64,000 nucleotides of DNA from a virus. Its lineage: Duplodnaviria > Caudoviricetes. The notes beneath the pieces are model-generated. The model was not told where the DNA came from and did no database searches. It worked only from the letters and a program-made list of their open reading frames with translations. The DNA is taken from positions 32,001-96,000 of IMG/VR virus record IMGVR_UViG_3300037455_000221. One strand, written 5' to 3'. Positions 56,397-64,000 of this stretch are shown piece after piece. Position 1 is the stretch's first letter; the number at the start of each line of letters is the position of its first letter. The translations under genes and the position numbers were made by a program.

Positions 56397-59300
56397 GTGT
56401 CTTCTTGTGCCTTGTAACAGGAGCGATCTTACTTATCACGCGTTCAGTTTCACCGGTCTTTTCAAAATTATCTCCGACCTTACGCCACTTAGGACGGTTA
56501 TAATCATATTCAAGAACGTGTATAACATCGCCTTCTTTAACAGTATAATGCTTGTCAATTTTAACCTTGTCAACCTCACCATTATTAATCTGATAAAGAG
56601 TAAGAATGTTGCCGCTGTATCCTTCAACTGCTGTAACATACCAATAGCCTGGCTTGACTGCCGGATCTGTAGTGACTAAATAGCCAAGACATTCAGCTTC
56701 ATAATCTATTCTATCGAATAAAGTAGTTGGAATGTGCTCTTTATGTTTTGACCAATATGTAAGAACACCATTCATATCCATATCCTGGAATTGTTTTTTA
56801 GTTTCTTTCCCGGAATGCTCTTTAACATTGTTGACACCGAATGTCAAACAAATGTCAGTATCTTTTGTTATAGTTTTACGAGCTGAATACTTTTCCCATT
56901 TAGCCTCTATATCAAGAAGATCATTGATCTCTCCAAATTCTGAAAAGAAATCAAGAGCAATAAGAATCTTAATTTGTCTCTTATCAGCAATCTTCTTTTC
57001 TTTATTTATATCATTAAGGACATCTATAAAATTATCATAATGTACATCTTTGAGATCATAAAGTTTTTCAGCGACAGTGGCAGATAGATAAGGAAGCGAA
57101 GCAATTCCTTTATATATCGTATTTGTCTCTTTATCAAAATCATAGTAACTTGACGAATATCTAAACTTAATATTTTGTAATTTAATACCAAAGTAATCAA
57201 GTTCATTAGTAAGGCGAGTAGTAGTATCTTTGTTATTAACGTATGTATTTAAACATACAGTATAATATTCAAGCGGATAATTTACTTTAAGATATGCTCC
57301 ATAGCACATATCGAGAGAGGTAGCGGCTGCATGGGCACTACAAAAGCCATAAGCCATACAGCTCTGGATCATTCCCCAGGTTTCATCAAACATATCTTCG
57401 GATCCAGTTTTCTCAATCCATGTTTTTCTAATTCTAGTTTCAAGCTTAGCAAAGTCATCAGGTTTAATTTTCTTTTTACTAATCTTTTTAATTAAACCAA
57501 TAGATTCAGATGGGGTTATGTCAAGCCATTGAAAATATTCCATAAGATTCTCTTGGAATAATATATATCCTTTTGTAGAAGCTAATACGTCATCAAGTTG
57601 CTGAGAACCGGTAGTATAATCCTCATGATTTAAAAATCTTTCACGCCATGAATCAAACGACGGACGAATAGCAGCGGTAAGTAATGCGCCATCTTCAAAA
57701 GATTTTACCCCATATCGCATTTCTTGTTGTTTACCATTTTCAGTATCAACTTGATTAAGTGTACACGTAATACCATCTGCTAATAATTTCCAGATACGTT
57801 CATCATTTTTTATATTAGTAAGTAATTCACGTGCGGGAATTATTGGTTGACCAATAGCTTTAAATGTTTCAGCAATAAGATGCCATACAGTTACAATGAG
57901 GAAGTCATCCTTCAATACTTTATATTCATCTGCTTCGGCTGAAGTGATAAGAACGCATAATGCATCACCAAATTTAAGTACTCCATATTCATAAAGAATA
58001 TTTTCATTGCAAAGAAGATGTGCACAACTATGTACAGATGCGGAAAAAATAACTCCTACATAGTTTTCGGATTCGGCTATTAAATCCTTCCATTGGGGAT
58101 CATTCCTATATTTATCGAGATCGGCACTAATTTCATTGCTCGTATCAAAGTCGATATTTTTAGCTCTACATAAATTTTTAAAAGCTTCTTTTTGTTGAAA
58201 GTTACCAGTTTTATACATTGGATAACAACTATGTTCTCCAAGTAATTCACGTGCTGCCTTAACAAATGGTTCCTGAGTTTCGACATTATAATCAATATCA
58301 GGTAATGCTCTGTTTTCAAGGAGACGTGCGGTTGATGCGAATCTATCAGGGAATATAGGTAGGTTAATTTTAAAACGATCAAGCTGAGTCATTCCGCAGA
58401 TACGATTAATATAAAAAGATGCACATGATCCTCTTCCTCCACGAGTAAGCACACCACCATATTTATTCACAGCAAGATCAACGAGTTTAGTATTAAGAAG
58501 GAAATAGTCTGCGGTATGAATCTCGTCATTAGTCTTCTCAATAATATCCATTTCATAACGGATACCTTCTTTATATCTTTTGAACTCTTCTCCTTCTATA
58601 TGTTCTTCTTTGCGTATTTTATTAAATCTATGATTAACTAATTTCTTCAGTTTACTTACACGTTCAGCCGGAGTAAGATCAGGATCGATAGTGGGCATCT
58701 TTATAGCATGATCAATATTAATTTCTTCACAGTGAGTAAGAAGCATTGTATTATTGATAGCTTCTTCAATTAGAGATTCTTTAAGGATTCCCTGTGCTAC
58801 AAAACGATCGGCCATCGTATCGTAATCTGGATAATCAAGAATAAAATTAGACTCTTCTTCATACTTCATTCCCTTACCAAGAAGAAGTACATCACGCTGC
58901 TGTCTTCCTATATCATCAATATAGTGTGAATCATTAGCCGCAATTAACTTAAGACCATACTTATCCATGAAACGAAGTGCTTTTTTATTAATCTCCTTCT
59001 GTAATGGATCATTATGATTTTGCACTTCTAGAAAAAGATTTTCCCGAAAGTGATTATATAGTGGGAGAAAAATATTATTAATACTATCGTCATCACGAAG
59101 GATTCCGGCTACACAAGCAGTGGTGATATATACATCATCAGGATCAAGCGTAAGTAAATGTTGTACGTCAAGCCTGGGTTTGTAATAATATCCTTCAATA
59201 TTAGCAATTGAAGATAGATAGTTACACTTTTTACGTGCTTCATTTGTACGAGGTGCTACAATAATATGATAATTTCTTTTGTCTTTAAGATCTGGGTTAG

Positions 59301-59529
59301 CATCTTTTACAATGTAAAACTCTCCAACCGGAAGACATTTAAGATTATAAGTATCTGCGAGTGTACGGCACTCCCAAATTTCCCCCATGCATCCATGTTC
59401 ACATGTAGAAAGAGCAGTATGACCAAGTTCAATTGCTCGCTCAGCGTACTGTTTATTTCTTGTTGTCGAATCAATTGTAAAAATATTACTTACATGACTA
59501 TGTTTATGATAGTTATAATATTCTTTCAT
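56374..59529 (-). CDS. dnaE: DNA polymerase III alpha (family C)
   Basis: PHP motifs HKHSH and ANDSHY; GRGS, PDIDY, LFQE, YGFCSAHA, YLKVNYP; start after RBS AGGAG. Confidence 0.93.
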   Translation of the reverse strand: MKEYYNYHKHSHVSNIFTIDSTTRNKQYAERAIELGHTALSTCEHGCMGEIWECRTLADTYNLKCLPVGEFYIVKDANPDLKDKRNYHIIVAPRTNEARKKCNYLSSIANIEGYYYKPRLDVQHLLTLDPDDVYITTACVAGILRDDDSINNIFLPLYNHFRENLFLEVQNHNDPLQKEINKKALRFMDKYGLKLIAANDSHYIDDIGRQQRDVLLLGKGMKYEEESNFILDYPDYDTMADRFVAQGILKESLIEEAINNTMLLTHCEEINIDHAIKMPTIDPDLTPAERVSKLKKLVNHRFNKIRKEEHIEGEEFKRYKEGIRYEMDIIEKTNDEIHTADYFLLNTKLVDLAVNKYGGVLTRGGRGSCASFYINRICGMTQLDRFKINLPIFPDRFASTARLLENRALPDIDYNVETQEPFVKAARELLGEHSCYPMYKTGNFQQKEAFKNLCRAKNIDFDTSNEISADLDKYRNDPQWKDLIAESENYVGVIFSASVHSCAHLLCNENILYEYGVLKFGDALCVLITSAEADEYKVLKDDFLIVTVWHLIAETFKAIGQPIIPARELLTNIKNDERIWKLLADGITCTLNQVDTENGKQQEMRYGVKSFEDGALLTAAIRPSFDSWRERFLNHEDYTTGSQQLDDVLASTKGYILFQENLMEYFQWLDITPSESIGLIKKISKKKIKPDDFAKLETRIRKTWIEKTGSEDMFDETWGMIQSCMAYGFCSAHAAATSLDMCYGAYLKVNYPLEYYTVCLNTYVNNKDTTTRLTNELDYFGIKLQNIKFRYSSSYYDFDKETNTIYKGIASLPYLSATVAEKLYDLKDVHYDNFIDVLNDINKEKKIADKRQIKILIALDFFSEFGEINDLLDIEAKWEKYSARKTITKDTDICLTFGVNNVKEHSGKETKKQFQDMDMNGVLTYWSKHKEHIPTTLFDRIDYEAECLGYLVTTDPAVKPGYWYVTAVEGYSGNILTLYQINNGEVDKVKIDKHYTVKEGDVIHVLEYDYNRPKWRKVGDNFEKTGETERVISKIAPVTRHKKTLDITTDM

Positions 59530-59563
59530 TATTGAGTCTCCTATATATTTCATATATAAGATA

Positions 59564-59592
59564 ATACTACATTGCATTTGTGGTAATGTCAA
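59564..59592 (-). promoter_or_regulatory. sigma-A-type dnaE promoter with overlapping ACATTGC repeats
   Basis: TTGACA-N17-TAGTAT; ACATTGCA...TGCAATGT inverted repeat. Confidence 0.7.
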
Positions 59593-59670
59593 GTGCAATG
59601 TCGGGCAATGTAAAACCATCAAATTGATGGTAAAATATACTGTTTTTACCCTCAAAATGATGGTTTAAAT

Positions 59671-59868
59671 CTAATGTCGTTTTTGATTAAAAATGATCAC
59701 AAATATCAAGGCTACCATTATTATTATGGCCAGGTCTATCCAAAATGGTATTAGTACAACTGGCCATGGCCAAGCAATTACACCGCACAACTTAAGTATA
59801 ATAAATGTTAATTGCAATAACTGTAAGAATGTAATTCCTCCACTAGCTACTCTATTTTCTGTTTTCAT
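59671..59868 (-). CDS. Small membrane protein
   Basis: LTFIILKLCGVIAWPWPVVLIPFW. Confidence 0.75.
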   Translation of the reverse strand: MKTENRVASGGITFLQLLQLTFIILKLCGVIAWPWPVVLIPFWIDLAIIIMVALIFVIIFNQKRH

Positions 59869-59869
59869 A

Positions 59870-60172
59870 TTATTTATCTCCTACGCTGATTGTTGCTGCT
59901 ACAACATGAGTTTTAAAATACTTATCTAGTATATCTTCCAAGAACCACTCTAGGTTATCTATTAAGATATTAGGCTGTGCCGCAACGCATCTTGTATAAT
60001 TTACATAAGTGAATGGCTCAGGAATCTTATACCCCATCTTCTCCGCCATATCCTTAACATTCTGAGCCTGGACTTGATTGTAGCAAACAATTGGATATCC
60101 AGTTATGGCGCTAGTAATAATAAGGTCATGAGTTTTTCCTTTACCACGTTCTCTACTAATTAAGTTTGTCAT
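59870..60172 (-). CDS. Small P-loop-like protein
   Basis: RGKGKT ... ILID. Confidence 0.55.
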   Translation of the reverse strand: MTNLISRERGKGKTHDLIITSAITGYPIVCYNQVQAQNVKDMAEKMGYKIPEPFTYVNYTRCVAAQPNILIDNLEWFLEDILDKYFKTHVVAATISVGDK

Positions 60173-60353
60173 TATTTAATTCCTCTATCCTCTGAGATAT
60201 TCTTGAATTAATGTTATTTACTTTGTCAACTTTATTACTACGCTTATAGTTAAGACAATATACTCTATCGTCCTGATCAAAGTATGTTACACGGATATCG
60301 TGTATTTCCTTGACTTCATTATCATCTGTGTAAAATGTTATTGTATGTTTCAT
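60156..60353 (-). CDS. Hypothetical protein
   Basis: RBS AGGAG. Confidence 0.55.
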   Translation of the reverse strand: MKHTITFYTDDNEVKEIHDIRVTYFDQDDRVYCLNYKRSNKVDKVNNINSRISQRIEELNNDKLN

Positions 60354-60371
60354 ATCAAATATCCATTCTCC

Positions 60372-60626
60372 TCAAACTTGCTTTATTGCTAATGCTACAT
60401 AACCGGACTCAAGGCCCCAGCCTGACAGCACATATGTTATTTTGTATGTTAGCTTGTGTATAAAATGTTCTTCGATAGGATCACCAGTGATATTATCTAA
60501 GACTTGAAATTTAATTTCGTCACCAGTTTGATATCCGCGATCATTGTATCGAATCTCAAAATTCTTTTCGCCTTTTACAATAGCATCAGCAAAACACTGC
60601 TTAATCTTTAAATTATGAGTTACCAT
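60372..60626 (-). CDS. ASCH/PUA-like (DUF3850-type) protein
   Basis: HNLKI..GEKNFEIRYNDRGYQTGD..ITYV..GYVAL. Confidence 0.8.
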   Translation of the reverse strand: MVTHNLKIKQCFADAIVKGEKNFEIRYNDRGYQTGDEIKFQVLDNITGDPIEEHFIHKLTYKITYVLSGWGLESGYVALAIKQV

Positions 60627-61830
60627 CTTCGTCCTCCATAATCTCTTTCACATAGGGAAGATCCTTAAGAACATTTACAAACTCTCTCCACTCATCAAGT
60701 TTATGACCGGTGCGCTGATGAATTATGTTCATCACGTTTTCATAGTTCATTGTTATTGTTCTTTTCTGATTATAGGATGATGGAAGTAACTGTATAATTG
60801 CATACCAAATATGCTTTTTCTTATCAGTATCTTCCTCATTAAACCATGCATCCCGTAATTCATTTAATGTATCTATCCACGGTCTTGCAATCTCTTCATA
60901 TACATTAACAGAGTCCGCATATTTATACTTATCATTTATAATATCGTTGATACAGGTATGAGAGACATTATATTTTTTCGCAATCTCTCTCTTACTCAAT
61001 ACTCCATCCTCCCATAACTGTCTAATATATGCACGCTCTTCTTGTGTAAATTTTCCTTTATAAGTAGATACTGTTTTTGGTTGTAAACTATTCTCATATG
61101 AATGTTTTATATTATCACTTTGTGTTACCCATTCCAGATTATCTGCAAAATTATTCTGTTTATTCCCATCAATATGATTTACTACTAATCCGTCTTTATA
61201 ATCCTGACTATGAAATAACTTTGCGACAATTCTATGCAACGGAATTTGTTTGCCGTGTAACGTAACATATATATATCCGTCTTTATGTTTACTTCCACCC
61301 AATAACCTATAATGATTTTTGAATTTATGTTTTACTCTTCCATAACAACTCACATCATAATCATTATCATAAAAAACCCACACCTCACTCGCTAACATTT
61401 CTTCATCAAGTTCGGGAACAAACTGTTTCACATTTACTTTATATCCGGGCAATTTATCAAAACTAAAATCTTCCATTTCAAACGGTTTTGATAATAATCG
61501 ATGCATAGTGCTGCATGAGTTTGTTGTTATATTGATACGATACTGATCCATTTCTTTCCACCAATAAAGTGGTGCGGTGATATCCATGCTTACAAATATC
61601 TGTCTAAGGTATTTTCTATGCTCTGATCCAGCCTTATACAGCTTACGCATTAGTCCTAAATCATTTTGGCCTACAACAAATTGCATTCCCGGATCATTTG
61701 GATTAATTGGAGAAGGATCCTCGACCCATTCCCAACCACTATCACTTTTATCCCAGCTATTCATAGGGTTTCGCATGCCACGAATGGCATGCTTAAACCC
61801 CCACACATCTATTTCTTCAACTTTGATCAT
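60613..61830 (-). CDS. ThyX-fold-like phage protein with an in-frame NUMOD4-HNH-HTH insertion
   Basis: AIRGMRNP, HRKYLR, APLYWWKE, NSCSTMH ... QLLPSSYNQKR, HKLDEW flanking YDVSCYGRV..VNHIDGNKQNN..NLEW. Confidence 0.7.
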   Translation of the reverse strand: MIKVEEIDVWGFKHAIRGMRNPMNSWDKSDSGWEWVEDPSPINPNDPGMQFVVGQNDLGLMRKLYKAGSEHRKYLRQIFVSMDITAPLYWWKEMDQYRINITTNSCSTMHRLLSKPFEMEDFSFDKLPGYKVNVKQFVPELDEEMLASEVWVFYDNDYDVSCYGRVKHKFKNHYRLLGGSKHKDGYIYVTLHGKQIPLHRIVAKLFHSQDYKDGLVVNHIDGNKQNNFADNLEWVTQSDNIKHSYENSLQPKTVSTYKGKFTQEERAYIRQLWEDGVLSKREIAKKYNVSHTCINDIINDKYKYADSVNVYEEIARPWIDTLNELRDAWFNEEDTDKKKHIWYAIIQLLPSSYNQKRTITMNYENVMNIIHQRTGHKLDEWREFVNVLKDLPYVKEIMEDEDGNS

Positions 61831-61997
61831 GCGTCAAATACCTCTTCATGATTGTGCATTCTCTTGAACTCCTTAGCCATCAGCTCACTCACATTGTGAT
61901 AGCCATTACGCTTGATCATCTGGTTGCGGAGCACTATGCGCGCCCATCTTCTGTTGTATACTGGTGTAGGATTGTAGTTCTTCTGTTCTTTTGTCAT
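61827..61997 (-). CDS. 56-aa hypothetical protein
   Basis: RBS AGGAGG; ATGA overlap with the next gene; not in the ORF track. Confidence 0.6.
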   Translation of the reverse strand: MTKEQKNYNPTPVYNRRWARIVLRNQMIKRNGYHNVSELMAKEFKRMHNHEEVFDA

Positions 61998-62016
61998 GTT
62001 AACCTCCTAATTTAAA

Positions 62017-62799
62017 TTATACATCAATTAATTTATCAACGTATGCTCTATCTTCACCCTTAAGGATAGGCATTTCATGATCTATATACCAGCCCTCTTC
62101 GCCTTTCAAACAAGCACTACCTCTCTTCTGCTCAATAGGAAAGTCATTCCAATTAATACCCTTCTGCTCATGTAACATATCCTGGATATCATTACAGCTC
62201 TTGCAGTGCAATTCTTTCTGACTAAAGTTGGCATGTCCAACCATTTCAATACTATTTCTTGTTGCATCTAACTGACGCCAATAGATTAAGTTGGTTACTT
62301 CTTCCTTAGGAATATTGAAGCAACGGGCATCAAACATAGCGCCTTTATTAATTGCTTTTCCTAATGTATCGACATACTCAGGATCCGAAGGTGACAAAAA
62401 TTCATGATCATGTGCATAGTACTGTACAACATGATGTTTAAACGCTTTATTAAAAGCTAATGTTGCCATAGATGCTGCAATGCTACACATCTTCTGCACT
62501 TCGTAATTAAACCACGCCTGGCTTGTAAGTGTCTGATAATCAATAAGGATCAATGTGATTTCATCTGATTGGGTATAACCAAATACACAGCCCTGAATAT
62601 TCTCACACAAATACTTCATAGTATCTTGCATTGACTTTATCAGGATCTCGTCGAATGGTTTTTTCAAACCTCTTGTGAAAGTGTGAAATGCCTTGCCGTC
62701 TATCCTTATTGCTACTGGAGTTCTTCTTAATAATCTTGTCTTAGAAACTTCTTCGTAATTGAACTTCATTCTTGTTCCAAGTTCATCGTGCACAGCCAT
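62017..62799 (-). CDS. Thg1-like tRNA(His) guanylyltransferase / 3'-5' polymerase
   Basis: IRIDGKAFHTFT, YTQSDEI, FDAR, WRQxDATRNS. Confidence 0.9.
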   Translation of the reverse strand: MAVHDELGTRMKFNYEEVSKTRLLRRTPVAIRIDGKAFHTFTRGLKKPFDEILIKSMQDTMKYLCENIQGCVFGYTQSDEITLILIDYQTLTSQAWFNYEVQKMCSIAASMATLAFNKAFKHHVVQYYAHDHEFLSPSDPEYVDTLGKAINKGAMFDARCFNIPKEEVTNLIYWRQLDATRNSIEMVGHANFSQKELHCKSCNDIQDMLHEQKGINWNDFPIEQKRGSACLKGEEGWYIDHEMPILKGEDRAYVDKLIDV

Positions 62800-62803
62800 T
62801 ACA

Positions 62804-63016
62804 TTATTCCTCCACTATTTTTTCACTATTTCTTAGTTGTAAATACATACGTTTATACCGACGTGCTGCTTTACGTGCTTTCTTGAGCTGATCAATTGTA
62901 TCATTCATAGTTTCTACAGCTTCAAGAATTTCTACGGTTTTAAATGGAAAGTCTTTGTCTTTAAAAGCACTACCACTACATGCTTTTATTATGATCATTG
63001 CATCTTCTCTAGTCAT
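62804..63016 (-). CDS. Hypothetical protein
   Basis: RBS GAGGTG. Confidence 0.55.
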   Translation of the reverse strand: MTREDAMIIIKACSGSAFKDKDFPFKTVEILEAVETMNDTIDQLKKARKAARRYKRMYLQLRNSEKIVEE

Positions 63017-63024
63017 AATTCACC

Positions 63025-63288
63025 TCAATAAATTACCGGTGTGCCAAGTGTACAATGACATATGCCGCTGCCACCATTTGATGGATGGTTAGAACAAAAC
63101 TTACATGGATCAACCGGAGTTGTAGATCCCACAAATGGGATATGGATTGTAGTTGAATTAGACGCATATTCAGTATAAGTGTATCCGCAATGATCACATG
63201 TTCTTCGATATTGTACCGGATAACTTCTTAATACTTCTTCCTGAAGATCATGCCCACAAATAGGGCATGTATAGATTATCTCAACCAT
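63025..63288 (-). CDS. Cys-rich Zn-binding protein
   Basis: CPIC, CDHC, CKFC..NGGSGICHCTL. Confidence 0.7.
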   Translation of the reverse strand: MVEIIYTCPICGHDLQEEVLRSYPVQYRRTCDHCGYTYTEYASNSTTIHIPFVGSTTPVDPCKFCSNHPSNGGSGICHCTLGTPVIY

Positions 63289-63472
63289 CTTTTACCTCCC
63301 GGTAATTATCACAATCCTCTACTGTTGATTTGATTGGCTGAAGCACGGCTGTATAGATTTGTGGTTGATACTGAACTCCTTGAGGTGTCTGCACCATCAT
63401 ACCTATCTGAAAGCCCGCAGTAGGTGGCGGTATTACATCATCAGGGATATCAAAGATTGCTTTGTATTGCAT
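63281..63472 (-). CDS. Hypothetical protein
   Basis: RBS GAGGT; coupled. Confidence 0.5.
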   Translation of the reverse strand: MQYKAIFDIPDDVIPPPTAGFQIGMMVQTPQGVQYQPQIYTAVLQPIKSTVEDCDNYREVKDG

Positions 63473-63776
63473 CGTGTGTTACCTCTTTTTTGTAATCATA
63501 TATTTTACCAATTTCATATTGATAATTTTCTATAGGAGTTTTCATATAAAAATCACAATAGCCGCGGCCGTTCTGTGCTATTACATACTCAATGCCTTTT
63601 GTTAAAATAGATGTATCAAGTACTCCATGTAACATGAATATTCTAAAACCATCTGATCTTCTTAATCGACACCAATGAGAATCTGATGTTTTTTCGTGAT
63701 TAATGACTTGAAATTTTTGACTGGAAATAACATCATATATCCACTGATCAAACTCATCTTGATTACTCCAGAACAC
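63450..63776 (-). CDS. Hypothetical protein
   Basis: GTG-start ORF in the minus-strand operon. Confidence 0.45.
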   Translation of the reverse strand: MFWSNQDEFDQWIYDVISSQKFQVINHEKTSDSHWCRLRRSDGFRIFMLHGVLDTSILTKGIEYVIAQNGRGYCDFYMKTPIENYQYEIGKIYDYKKEVTHDAIQSNL

Positions 63777-64000
63777 ATTACATCTTATTCTTAGAGCTAT
63801 AAATCCTATATCTTTACAGAATGTAATAAAGTCATTTAGCCAATCATCATTGTATCTTTTACTAACAACACACGCACAAGATGTTTTAATATTAAATTCA
63901 TTAAGAGTATTTACTATTTTTGCATAATCAATATCAACAAAGATTTTATTATCAAAAATATTTCCTCGAATAGAAGGTCTAAAATCATGTACTGATATAT

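Noticed and set aside
1-64000. Stop-codon reassignment
   Set aside because: Genes are full length and densely packed under the standard code

Overview
This window is a segment of a large temperate siphophage of a low-GC Firmicute (Clostridia-like), with SPbeta-like gene order, in its excised form (attP intact). + strand (1-47.3 kb): a complete diversity-generating retroelement (target 603-2363, VR 2221-2329, TR 2469-2577, RT 2716-3942; 16 TR/VR mismatches, all at TR adenines; no recognisable avd); an uncharacterised six-gene cassette (4387-7118); head genes; tail genes including a 3746-aa tape measure protein with a JAB/MPN-like motif and a second inserted domain; two paralogous BspA/DUF285-type LRR proteins at the fibre position; three small membrane genes followed by a papain-like C1 peptidase where an endolysin is expected; and a tyrosine integrase. 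The attP lies between the convergent int and xis; its core is the 3' half of a tRNA-Pro with the rare AGG anticodon, flanked by AAACACCA arm repeats. - strand (47.5-64 kb): an RlaP-like nucleotidyltransferase; nrdD split by an HNH-encoding group I intron exactly at MG|CRT; a three-domain cell-wall hydrolase; DnaE; a ThyX-like gene with an in-frame NUMOD4-HNH-HTH insertion and no visible splicing element; and a Thg1-like 3'-5' polymerase. All family assignments come from motif recognition and synteny by eye, with no database searches.
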